Part shown: positions 9,664-20,000 of the stretch, piece by piece | How positions within the stretch are numbered: the stretch's first letter is position 1 | How the letters are laid out: each line of letters starts with the position of its first letter | Virus record (IMG/VR): IMGVR_UViG_2838247499_000001 | Span: 10,120 to 74,119 of that record | Source: a virus | Taxonomy: Duplodnaviria; Caudoviricetes | Reading direction: 5' to 3' (one strand) | DNA length: 64,000 bases | Program-made: the position numbers and the translations under genes | Notes under the pieces: model-generated | Told to the model about the DNA's origin: nothing | The model's input: the letters and a program-made list of their open reading frames with translations, nothing else | Database searches by the model: none

Positions 9664-10416
9664 ATGGGTATCCTCGGTTCCCTCAAGAGCGACGACAGCA
9701 TTGCCAACGAACGCGACAGCGTCGGTGGCGGCGGCCCGCTCGACTCCAACGCCTACAAGTTCAACATCGCCCTGGCCTACGTGGTCAAGGCCGCCAGCGA
9801 CGCGCTGGGCTTGTTCGTCTCCCTGAAGGGCGACGACGGCCGCGAGCTGCGCCAGACCTTCTGGATGACCTCCGGCAAGGAGAAGGGCTGCAAGAACTAC
9901 TACGAGAAGGACGGCGAGAAGCACTACCTGCCGGGCTACCTGCTGGCCAACTCGCTGGCGCTGCTCACCGTGGGCAAGGAGATCGGCGAGCTCGACACCG
10001 AGCAGAAGGTCGTCAACGTCTACAACAAGGAAGCCAAGGCCGAGACGCCGACCAAGGTCGACATGGTCATGGACCTGGTGGGCAAGGACATCGTCGCCGG
10101 CGTGATCAAGCAGATCGTCGACAAGACGAAGAAGAACGACGCCACCGGCCAGTACGAGCCCACGGGTGAAACCCGTGAGGAGAACGAGGTCGACAAGTTC
10201 TTCCGCGCCCGCGACAACATGACCACGGCCGAGATCCGTGCCCAGGCCGAGGCCGCCGCCTTCTACGACACCTGGGTCAAGAAGTGGGCCGGCAACGTGA
10301 AGAACCGCGCCAGCAAGGCCGGCAGCAACGGCACCGCCGGTGCGCCCCGTGCCGCCGCTGGTGCTCCGGCCGCGGCCCAGGGCACCAAGAAGCCGACCCA
10401 GTCGCTGTTCGCCTGA
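9664..10416 (+). CDS. Single-stranded DNA-binding protein (N4 gp45-like)
   Basis: AAGGA RBS, C-terminal KKPTQSLFA, position after gp44-like gene. Confidence 0.85.
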   Translation: MGILGSLKSDDSIANERDSVGGGGPLDSNAYKFNIALAYVVKAASDALGLFVSLKGDDGRELRQTFWMTSGKEKGCKNYYEKDGEKHYLPGYLLANSLALLTVGKEIGELDTEQKVVNVYNKEAKAETPTKVDMVMDLVGKDIVAGVIKQIVDKTKKNDATGQYEPTGETREENEVDKFFRARDNMTTAEIRAQAEAAAFYDTWVKKWAGNVKNRASKAGSNGTAGAPRAAAGAPAAAQGTKKPTQSLFA

Positions 10417-10425
10417 TCACCAGGC

Positions 10426-10893
10426 ATGCAGCGCTACCTCGGCACCAAGGTCGTCGAGGGTCAGCCCATGACCCGCGGGGAATACAACTCCCTGCGGGGC
10501 TGGACGAACCCGTCCGACGAGAACCCCAACGACGCCGGCTACCTGGTCGGCTATCTCGGTGGGGGCAAGCCCAACCATTCGGACTTCCCGTACTACATCA
10601 GCTGGTCCCCGGCTGAAGTCTTCGAGAAGGCCTACCGGCCGACCCAGGGCATGAGCTTCGGCCAGGCCCTCGACGCCCTGAAGACTGGGCACCGGGTCGC
10701 ACGTGCAGGCTGGAACGGCAAGGGTATGTGGCTCGACATGCAGCTTCAGGACGGCCGCTCCTACCCGGCCGGCGAGCTGGGGCTTCTGCCCCACCTGGCC
10801 TGGATCGGCATGAAGACGGCTGACAACAAGTTCGTCCCCTGGCTCGCCAGCCAGACGGACGTTCTCTCCGAAGACTGGACCATCCTCCCCTGA
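10426..10893 (+). CDS. DUF2829-domain protein
   Basis: SWSPAEVFEKAY, FGQALDALKTGHRVARAGWNGKGMW, WLASQTDVLSEDW. Confidence 0.85.
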   Translation: MQRYLGTKVVEGQPMTRGEYNSLRGWTNPSDENPNDAGYLVGYLGGGKPNHSDFPYYISWSPAEVFEKAYRPTQGMSFGQALDALKTGHRVARAGWNGKGMWLDMQLQDGRSYPAGELGLLPHLAWIGMKTADNKFVPWLASQTDVLSEDWTILP

Positions 10894-10897
10894 CTCC

Positions 10898-11278
10898 ATG
10901 ACCACCAACACTCCCGATCCCATCGAGCAGCTGATCCAGGACAAGGGCGCCGATGTCGCACCGCGCATCACGCCGGCCGACGTCGAGGCCAACATCGCCA
11001 GCGAGCACTACTTCACCGCTGGCGACGGTGTGGCGGGCGCCGACATGGCCGTGGGCCAGTCGACCAGCGTCTATCCGCAAGTGCTGGGCCTCCTGACGTT
11101 CTGCGTCCTCACCCTTCGAAACGGATTCACCGTGACGGGCGAGTCGGCCTGCGCCTCGCCGGAGAACTTCAACGCCGAGATCGGCCAGAAGATCGCCCGG
11201 CAGAACGCGGTGGCCAAGATCTGGCCGCTCATGGGCTACGAGCTCCGCTCCCGCCTCTCCAACTACTCCAAGGCATGA
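10898..11278 (+). CDS. N4 gp49 / Sf6 gp66 family protein
   Basis: LTFCVLTLRNGFTVTGESACASPENFNAEIG signature. Confidence 0.85.
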   Translation: MTTNTPDPIEQLIQDKGADVAPRITPADVEANIASEHYFTAGDGVAGADMAVGQSTSVYPQVLGLLTFCVLTLRNGFTVTGESACASPENFNAEIGQKIARQNAVAKIWPLMGYELRSRLSNYSKA

Positions 11279-11607
11279 CCCAAGACACCACTCCCGAGAA
11301 CCAACAGGCCAAGCCCGACACCGTCCCGGTGGAGGACCTGGACTCGTTCGTCCGCCACCTGGCGGCCTGGCACTCCCGCAAGGTCGCCATGCTCAACCAC
11401 ATGCAGACGATCCCCGAAGGGTCGAAGATGCAGGTGGGCAAGGACGGCGCCGAGGTCGAGCTCACGGGCGACATGCTCGCCGGCTTCAAGGCTGGCATCG
11501 AGCTGGCGCTCATCGAGCTGGGCAGCCTGCCCTTCGTGGCCGAGATGGAAGCCGACGAGGCCTCCACCGAAGCCCCGGTGAGCAGCGATGCTCCCGCGGC
11601 AGCTTAA
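11275..11607 (+). CDS. Hypothetical protein (N4 gp46-like position)
   Basis: Coupled ORF, codon use, synteny. Confidence 0.65.
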   Translation: MTQDTTPENQQAKPDTVPVEDLDSFVRHLAAWHSRKVAMLNHMQTIPEGSKMQVGKDGAEVELTGDMLAGFKAGIELALIELGSLPFVAEMEADEASTEAPVSSDAPAAA

Positions 11608-12163
11608 GGTCGTCGGCTGCGACCCCAGCCTCCGTAACTGGGGGCTGGCCGCTGGCCTGTACGACCTGGCCACCCAGAGGCTCCAGATCCTCAAGCTGGG
11701 CAGCCTGCATCCTGTCCTCCCCACCGGGAAGCAGGTCAGGCAGAACAGCCTGGATCTGGAGTCGGCCAAGCAGCTGTGTGAGGGCACCCTCGCCACGGTG
11801 AAGGACGCCCACGTGGTGTTCGTGGAAGTCCCGGTCGGCAGCCAGTCTGCCCGTGCCATGGCTTCCTACGGCATCTGCGTGGGTGTCCTGGGCGCTCTGC
11901 GCGCCATGGGCACCCCGTTCATCGAGGTGACCCCCACCGAGGTGAAGCTGGCCGGCCACGGCAAGAAGGACGCCACCAAGGCCCAGATGATCTCCTGGGC
12001 CATGAAGGCGCACCCTGAAGCCAACTGGCCCACCTACGTCAAGCACGGTGTGACGGAGGTCAGCGAGGCCAAGGCTGAGCACCAGGCCGACGCGGTGGCG
12101 GCGATCTACGCCGGCATCCGGACCAGCACGTTCCAACAGCTCCTGCCGCTCATGGCGGCCTGA
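11588..12163 (+). CDS. RuvC-like Holliday junction resolvase
   Basis: VVGCDPSLRNWG, VFVE, P.EVK, EHQADAVAA. Confidence 0.85.
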   Translation: MLPRQLKVVGCDPSLRNWGLAAGLYDLATQRLQILKLGSLHPVLPTGKQVRQNSLDLESAKQLCEGTLATVKDAHVVFVEVPVGSQSARAMASYGICVGVLGALRAMGTPFIEVTPTEVKLAGHGKKDATKAQMISWAMKAHPEANWPTYVKHGVTEVSEAKAEHQADAVAAIYAGIRTSTFQQLLPLMAA

Positions 12164-12197
12164 GCACCCACAACAACCCCCAACCTACAAGGATCCC

Positions 12198-12632
12198 ATG
12201 CAGATCAACCTGAAGCAGCGCGAGATCGAAGCCGCCCTGCGCATGTACGTGTCCCACCAGGGCATCAACCTGAACGGCAAGGAGGTGGCGATCACCTTCA
12301 CGGCCGGTCGCAAGGAAGGCGGCCTGACCGCCGACGTGTCCATCGAGGACATCACCATCCCCGGCTTCACGGACGCCGAGGTCGGCGAGCAGACCGGCAC
12401 CGCCAACGTGGTGCAGCTGGCTGCCGCCACCATCGCGGCCGCTGCGTCGACGCCTGCGGTGAACGCCGAGAAGCCGGCCGTGCAGACGACCGCTCCCGAG
12501 GCCACCGAAGCCAAGGCTCCGGCCGCGGCCAAGGAAGACCCGCCGTTCGAGCCGGACGCCCCCAAGGCGGAAGGCGAGGGCGCGAAGGCCGAGGACAAGC
12601 CCAAGACCAAGGTCGCCAGCCTGTTCGGCTGA
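12198..12632 (+). CDS. Hypothetical protein
   Basis: AAGGA RBS; Ala/Pro-rich tail ending SLFG. Confidence 0.75.
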   Translation: MQINLKQREIEAALRMYVSHQGINLNGKEVAITFTAGRKEGGLTADVSIEDITIPGFTDAEVGEQTGTANVVQLAAATIAAAASTPAVNAEKPAVQTTAPEATEAKAPAAAKEDPPFEPDAPKAEGEGAKAEDKPKTKVASLFG

Positions 12633-12646
12633 TCGAGTAGTCCGCA

Positions 12647-12829
12647 GTGAGCTGGCTCAAGACCTTCGGCTACATCGTGGCCGCCATCGTCGTCCTCGCG
12701 CTCCTGGTAGCTGGCTTGCTGGCTGCCGTGGTGGTGGCCGGGTTCATGGTGATCGTCACGGTCATCCTGGTCCTGGCCCAGGCACTGCGCGAGTACTTCG
12801 AGACGCGGCCGCGCAAGCGTCCAACCTGA
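12647..12829 (+). CDS. Small membrane protein
   Basis: Long hydrophobic stretch, basic C-terminus. Confidence 0.65.
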   Translation: MSWLKTFGYIVAAIVVLALLVAGLLAAVVVAGFMVIVTVILVLAQALREYFETRPRKRPT

Positions 12830-12841
12830 TCACCGCCTGAT

Positions 12842-12878
12842 CTGACACCCCGGAAAGACGGGGACCATCATTGAAGCC
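12842..12878 (+). repeat. Array repeat copy 1
   Basis: ctgacaccccggaaagacggggaccatcattgaagcc; complementary arm at 12945-12959. Confidence 0.95.
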
Positions 12879-13192
12879 TCTTGAGTCTCTGCTCAACATG
12901 CCTGCGGGGTCCACCGGTAACCGACCGTGGGCGCAAGCCCAGGGGGCTTCAATGATGGTGAAGGCGAAAGCCTGACGGAGTTCCAGCCCGAGCAGACCAC
13001 TCGACCGAAGCGGCGAAAGCCTGGCAGGGCGGCTGGCACCATCAACGAATTGTTCGGAGCACCACCTCAGCGACGGAAGGCGTAGGCCCCGGAGCCAAGG
13101 AAAGATGCGAAGGCCCTGGTGCGGGGTCTAGCCTGAAGACGGACCAGCCATCGAACTGCTGTGGTAAGCAGGAGCACCGTCCTTGAAATCGC

Positions 13193-13229
13193 CTGACACC
13201 CGGGAAAGACCGGGACCATCATTGAAGCC
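13193..13229 (+). repeat. Array repeat copy 2
   Basis: ctgacacccgggaaagaccgggaccatcattgaagcc; complementary arm at 13289-13308. Confidence 0.95.
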
Positions 13230-13661
13230 CTCGGCCTCCCCTGCCAGGGATGAAAGGGATCGGCAGAGCAGGTTCGAGTCCTGCACCTCCGAGGGTTTCA
13301 ATGATGGTGCCGAGGCCGCAAGGCTACAGGCGCGCGTAAGGGTAGACGAGCGATGGGTGTCCAGCTGTAGCGGCTGGAACAGGATGGCCCATCCCAGGAC
13401 GACAAGGGCGTCAACTGGAGTGATGCGTCTGCGACAAGGATGGCCTCCCGGTTCACGGCCTCCAAAGCAAACCCTCAAGGCACTATCAACAGCGACCGGT
13501 CGCCCCACGGGACCACGCCACTGAGCTTTTCCGAACCCTGCCACTTCAGGGGGACGTCGCAAGAAGTGGTGAAAGACTGTGGCTGCTACTACGCACGGCA
13601 GAGGAACCAAAGCGTGACGTTCCGGAGAGACGGAAGTAGGCCTGGCTCTCGCCCGATGAGC

Positions 13662-13699
13662 CTGACACCCCGGAACAGACGGGGACCATCATTGAAGCC
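13662..13699 (+). repeat. Array repeat copy 3
   Basis: ctgacaccccggaacagacggggaccatcattgaagcc; complementary arm at 13808-13828. Confidence 0.95.
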
Positions 13700-13928
13700 A
13701 CCTGCCCTTCCTGCGTAAGCGGAGAGACGCAGGCCCAGCCCCTGGTGCTCCGGTAAGGGTAAGGGGTACAGGCGGACACTGATCAACCGCACTGCTCGGA
13801 TCGGCCAGCAGGTGGCTTCAATGATGGTGCTGACTGCCCGCAGGACAATGCCTGTGTCAGCCCTGGTAACCACGTGCTCCCCGTGGGGGCGGGCATGGAG
13901 CCAGCACCATCTTCAACAACACACCACC

Positions 13929-14087
13929 ATGCCCTTCTTCCCCAAACCCCAACCAGTCGATCCCTTCGAACTGTTCATGGCCAAGCTCATTGGCGTGAAG
14001 TTCGAGCGTAGAGAAGCCAACACTGTCCTCGTTGGCTATCTCTACAAGGGCTGCATCTACGTCACCGAGCTCTACAGCGTCACTTGA
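13929..14087 (+). CDS. Small hypothetical protein
   Basis: MPFFPKPQPVDPFELF...; converges on vRNAP stop. Confidence 0.5.
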   Translation: MPFFPKPQPVDPFELFMAKLIGVKFERREANTVLVGYLYKGCIYVTELYSVT

Positions 14088-17000
14088 TGAGCGACATCGG
14101 CACCGACACCGTGGCCAGGCGATCCAGAGCGCCGGGGTACTGCAAGGCACCCCAGCTCCACGGGTTGTTGCCCAGGTGGTGCAGGAACGAACCATCCAGC
14201 ACGTTGGGGCCGATGCTCATGTAGTGATCCAGGGCCATCAGGCCCAGCACTCGACCAGGGTTCTCACGCATCGTGCGAGTCAGAACTCGCTGGATGCGCA
14301 GGAAGTACTTGGTGAACATGAACAGACCCATGTTGTCCAGGTACTGCATGCCGCGGTGCATCGGGACGTCGTAGTTGATGAACGTCTCGCTGGCGCGCTG
14401 CAGGGCCTGCTCCTTGGTCATCGGGTCCTTCTTGGTCACCAGGTGCTGGTACAGCGCATAGCGGGCCATGAAGTCCGACAGCCGGGTCATCCGGCTCATG
14501 GCCTGGTAGGTCTTGGTGTCGTGCGTCATGTAGACCTGCTTGGCCGCGGCCACCACGCCCGGGTTCAGGGCCTTGGTGAAGCGCTCGGTGCGACGAGCCC
14601 ACTCGGTCTTGTACGAGTAGGGGTCGTTTTCCTGGGCGACGTCTTCCACGATCGTGGGCATCAGGCCGGCCTCCATCAGCTCCTTGACCGGGTTGCGCGC
14701 CAGCGCATCCTTCAGGCGGGCCACCTGGCGCTCGATGTCCGAACGGGTGCCATTGCCTGCCGGCAGGTAGCCAGTGTCCAGCATCTGCTGCAAACGCTGC
14801 AGCTCGTTGCTGTCGCGCTCGAAGGCCACGGCGCCGCGCATGGCCACCAGGTGATGACGCACGAAGTCGCGCAGAGGCACCCCGGACAGAGCCAGTTGGG
14901 TGAAGTTCGACAGCACGTTGTCGATCAGCACCACCCCCGACTTGACCACGATGATGTCCTTCGTCTCCTTGACGATCTCCTTCCAGGCCTCCTCACCGCG
15001 GGCCAGATACCAGCCCAGCTTCTTGGCGTAGTTGTCGGCCTCGCGGTCGTCCATGCCCTGGCTGCGCGCATACAGGTCGAACCAGCCTCGAACGATGGCT
15101 TGCACGCCCTTGAGCGTGTCCTTGTCCTTGCGCAGGAACTCAGCAGCAGAAGCCGCCCGATAGCCGAACATGACGTCCAGCATGTCGTTGTGGACGTACA
15201 TGCCCTTGAAGCCCCAGACCCGGTTTACCTCCTGCTTGGTCTTCTCCGGCAGCAAGCGCCAGATCTCCTTGAGCTGGGGATCCGTGCTGTCCACCCCGAC
15301 CAGGAAGTAGCCCTTCTGGCGGTTGACGTCACGATCAGCGTCGAACTGCGCCTTCAATGCCTGCACGGCCTCGGAGTTCTGCGCCGGCGTGGTTTGCTTG
15401 TCGAACACCGAGCCGGCCAGGGTGCCGAGAACTGCATCGAAGTCGTTGTTGCGCTGCAGGATGTCGTCCTTGGTCTGCTCCTCCATCAGATGGCGCCAGT
15501 TCACCACCTTTCCGTGCTCGTTGTAGACGGGCGCCATGTGGTGGGTGCGATCGAGCTCGAGGTCCCGATGCGGGTCCAGGCGACGATCCAGCAGCGACAG
15601 CTTGCCGGCAGTCACCGCGGCCTGGCGCTGGGCATTGCGCCGGCCATCGTCGAACCCGGTGTGCAGGAAGCCGTTGTGCAGCTGCGAGCCCTTGGCCGCG
15701 GTGTCGGTCAGCGACATGATCCCGGAGTCCCAACGGGCACGGGCAGCACCGCGGCGCACGTAGATGCGCTGCTTCTGGCTCACCGGGTCGTGCAGGTCGT
15801 CCTGCACCTTGGCTCCCTCGGAGAAACCCTGAGCCAGCAGATCCTTGCCCCGCTCCTCGCCGGCGACTTCGAAGGCGGTGTGCGGGTTGAAGATCTCGGG
15901 CGTGTAGCCGTGCTGCATCAGCACCGGGTTGCCCCCGAACAGGCGCTCCAGGGCGTCAGCCTCCAGCTTCTTCAGCGTGCGCAGCAGGAAGTCCACCCCG
16001 TTGCCGCCATCCTGGCGAGCCGTCTCGGCAGACAGCACCGCGGCCGCGCGGGTCTTGTCAGCCACATCGGTCGACTTCAGGGCGAACAGCGAAGCCAGCA
16101 CCTTGATGCTGTCCTCGTGCTCCTCAGCCACTGCGCTGGCATGGGCCTCGTACCGGGTGTCGAGCATGCGCGCGATCACGTGGGCGTTGGGCATCAGGAA
16201 GCCCTTGACCTGGCCGGTGGCCTTGAAGTGCCCCAGGATGCGAGCCTGCTCGACGTACAGCCGGCGCAGCCGGGCTGGCAGTCGAGCCTCGAACTGGGCG
16301 ATGGCCTGGTCGAGCGCCGGCTGGCTGGTCAGCAGCTGCTCCATCTCGTTGAAACCGAAGTGGTCCAGCAGGTTATGCAGGCCCGTCCGCATGAACACCC
16401 GCGTCACGCTGGCCTTGGCTTCCGAGCTCAGGTCCTTGCCCTCGTTGACGAACGACTCCAGGGCGAACTTGGCCGAGTTGCTGATCAGGCTCTTGCGCTG
16501 GGCTTCCCGGTGCTTGACCAGGCGCAGGGACTTCTCGGCCCACTCCTTCACGCCGGCGACTTCGCGCAGCAGCGACGACAGGATGCCGCCTCGCTCGTTC
16601 ATCGTGCGATCGCGGAACTGCTGCAGCGCGTCATAGAACTGCTGCTGGCGGTGGCCGGCGACGGTGCGGACCACCGCGGCACTGCCCTTGACGATGCCGC
16701 TCTTGCTCTTGCGGAAGAAGTCCGAGCCAGCGACCTGCTCGACCTTTTTCATGGTCGCCTCGCTCGCCTTGGTGACCGCGTTCTCCAGTGGCTCCAGGTA
16801 GTTCACCCGCGCCTTGCCGTCCTTGATGGCTTCGCGGTTCTTGGCTTCGATGTCCACCAGCTGGCCAACCAGGGTCTGCAGCTTCTCGTCCAGGTTCTGG
16901 CCGTCGTAGGTGTGCGTGGCCATCCGGGCGAAGAAAGCCAGGATGTTCTCGAACACGATCTGCACCTTGTCGGCGAAGGTCTTGCCCTCGCTGACCGTGC

Positions 17001-20000
17001 GCCGATCCTTGCTCGGCACCTGCAGCAGCTTGTTCACGCCCTGGTGAGCGAGCGCCAGCGCAGCGAACCGGGCGAGGTACTCGCTCTTGTCGCCGTTGTC
17101 GGCTTCCACCTTGAAGATGAAGTCGTAGTGCGCCGGCGAGGCGAAGTCCGAGGGCTTCAGCGTCTGCTGGGCCTCGGTGAACAGGTCCGACAGCTCCTGG
17201 TAGGCCAGCTTGGTGTGGCCGGAGTTGTCCTTCAGCGCCGCTCGCACCGTGGCTTCCACCTGCTCGATGGCGAACGCTTCCTGGTCCGACACCGGCAGGT
17301 TGGCCAGGACCCGGCTGGCGAAGGGCGCCAGGCCGGTCTGCTGGGCCTTCAGCCAGGCTTCCCGGGGGGAAGTCGGGGCGTAGGGCTTCAGGGCCTCTGC
17401 GAACGCGCCAAACGGGCCGTGGAGCGCGTCGACGATGCCGGACAGGAGTTCGGACAGGTGCGCCTCGAATCGCGGCTCCAGGGGCCGATTCGCGTCGGCC
17501 AGGGCCTCATGGATCGCCTGGGTCGTGAACGCATCCACGGCAGCCATCGACCGGTTGATCGAGGCAGCCTCCGTCTGCTCCTGCGGATTCTGCAAGCCCT
17601 GGGTCTGAGCCACAGCCTGAACCAGGCCCGACACGTTGGCCACCAGGAGTGCGAGCCCCGTCTCCGCTTCGTGGAACAGCGGGTTGCCCACTGCCTTGCC
17701 CAGCAGGCCGGTCAGCGCCTTGATGAACTTCTGCAGCCCGTTGAGCAGGCGGTTGCCACCCGACTTCGACGGGGCATACATGCTGGCCAGGATGTCACGC
17801 TGGAACGCTTCGTTGGTCATCCCCCAGGAGATGAACTCGTCCAGGTTCTCGGTGGCCGCGGCATAGCGGCCATCCTTGTCCATCGCCTTGGCCTGCTCGC
17901 GCAAGGCCTCGAGCTCGTCGATGAGCTGCTTGGCAGCCGGGTCCGGCTGCTTGCTGGTGCGCTGCTCCCACAGGTAGCGAGCCAGGACACCGTGCAGCAT
18001 CTCGTGCAGCACCGTCTCCGCGGTCAAGCCAGAGGCCTTGAAGGCCGGGCTCAGGAAGTTCACCTCGTGGCGACCCTGACCGGCCACGTACCAGCCACGC
18101 GACGGGGTCTGCGCCGGCGCGATCACCGCATCCACCGCGGTGTCAGGCTTGACCAGGCGGAACGCCAGGTCGTTGGGCAGGACCCGGGCCACCAGGGCCA
18201 GTAGCTTCTGGTTGGCCGGCGACAGGCCGGCACCCTTCAGGTACGCCACCATCTCGGTGCCCGACTTGTCACCACCGTCCAGGAAGGCCACCAAGCCCGT
18301 GTCGCTGGCCACCGCCGACCGGCCCAGCTCACCGAACGGCGAGGTCTTCGGGGCAGGCACGGCAACAGGCGCAGCCTGGATCGCCGGCGCCGGCTTGGCG
18401 AACACCGCCAGGTGCAGCAGCCCCAGGGCCTCCATGTGGGACGGGTCCATCATCTGCGGCACAGCGGCCAGCTTCTCGGCCGCGGCCTTGCGGTCAGCGT
18501 CGGTCACCTCGTAGCTGCCGCCGTCGAAGGCGTACTGGTCCACCACCGCCCACTGGCTCATGGCCTGCAGCTTGGTCGTGTCCGCCTGGCGGGCCAGGTC
18601 GAAGGCCTTGCCCATCGCGTCGGCCAGCACCTGCTCGGGAGACTGCTTCTTGGAAGCCAGCGCCTCGAACACCTGGCGCAAGTTGGCCACCGCGGCCGGG
18701 GTCAGCGTTCCGGCGTCCTGCATGGCGGCGATCCCGCTCACCACCCGAGCCAGCGCATCGTAGGCCGCGGTCATGGGCGAGTAGCCCAGCAGCGACTCCC
18801 AGGTGCTCTGGTTGAACGCCTGGGCGGTCTTGGCCAGCGTGCCGACTCCGTCACCCACGGCGTCGTGGATGTTCAGGATGTTGCGGCCCAGCTGGGTCAG
18901 GTGGGAGATCTTGCTGTCCAGCGAGTGCGTCGAGGCCGACACCGCCAGCACGCCGGGACCGGTCTGCTGCACGGCCTGGCCACGGGCCGTCAGCTGCTTG
19001 GCGCCGTTGCCCAGGGGTTGGGCAAAGCCCACCGCCGTCTCGTAGGCAGGCGAGTCCACCGGGCCACGCTCGCGTCGAGCCAGCAGGATCCCGTGCGCCA
19101 GGTTGCCATCGTCCTGGCTCATGGCCGTGTGCATCACCGGCAGGATGCCGGCCAGCTTCTCTTTCAGCTGGGCTTCCTGCTCGGCCGACAGGTCGTGCAG
19201 CGGCACGCCGGCCTTGTTGCGCTCGATGCCCAGCTCGTCCATGAATTCACCGCGGGCCGCCTGGTACACCGCGTTGTAGAGCTCGTAGGCCAGGCTGGTC
19301 GTGGTCGTCAGCGCCTTGCGCTTCTCGATGAAGGGGGCAAACGCCTTCTCCACCACGCTCGCCGTGGCCTCACCCATCGTGTCACCGTAGGCCTTGCGCA
19401 GCGCCTTGAGCTGTCGATCCGACAGTACCCGGGCGTCCATGTACTTGGCGATCGGCTGGCCCACTTTCAGGGTCGGCGCACCACCGTGCTGCAGCAGCGT
19501 GTTCAGGTTGGCGATGAAGTCGTCGACCCTCTCCTGGCTGGCTTGCTTGACCGAGAACTGCTCGAGCTGGGCGTAGACCCCCTCGATGAAGGTCTGGGCC
19601 ATGCCGCGGCGGATGCTCTTGAAGCCAGAACCGAAGTTCAGCGGGTTCAGCGCACCCTTGACCAGGTCACGCCCGGCCTTCGTCACCACACCAGCGTCGT
19701 CGGCCACCCGGCCGGCCACGTTCCAGATCGCCGAGATCACGCCGGCAGGGACCTTGCCCTCGCCCAGCATGCCGCGCATACGACGGTCGATGTCCTTGGC
19801 GGTGTGCTCGTAGATGTCCGCGTTGCCCGCGGTGCCACGCCAGATGTTGTACTGGCGGAACTCGCTGTCCTCGGTGAAGAAGCCGCCGCGCTCGAGCAGC
19901 GCCTGCAGGTCTTCCACCGTCTCGCCGGCGCCGTAGAGCACGTGGTTCAGCATCGTGCCGTTGGCTACGCCGTCCACCTCACCCATCAGGTCGGTGGTGA

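Larger units (their letters stand above)
12842..13911 (+). ncRNA. Putative structured ncRNA array, three units
   Basis: No credible ORF; three copies of leader hairpin plus long inverted repeat; many GNRA hairpins; one T-loop arm. Strand inferred from GNRA loops, G-U pairs and flanking genes. Confidence 0.7.

Noticed and set aside
13225-13300. tRNA gene
   Set aside because: Only a T-arm; no acceptor stem, anticodon arm or CCA
12842-13699. CRISPR array
   Set aside because: Repeat length fits, but intervals are about 310-430 nt, internally structured and contain inverted copies of the repeat; no cas operon, and the Cas4-like gene is a core N4 gene
13128-13873. ORFs predicted across the array
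   Set aside because: No RBS, atypical composition, overlapping on both strands
12842-13911. Retron msr-msd, DGR or hammerhead ribozyme
   Set aside because: No reverse transcriptase in the window; CUGA and GAAA are present but not in the CUGANGA...GAAA three-stem arrangement
17990-18010. HEMLH zincin motif in vRNAP as a novelty
   Set aside because: Similar motifs are, to my knowledge, common in C-terminal regions of large virion proteins of this type
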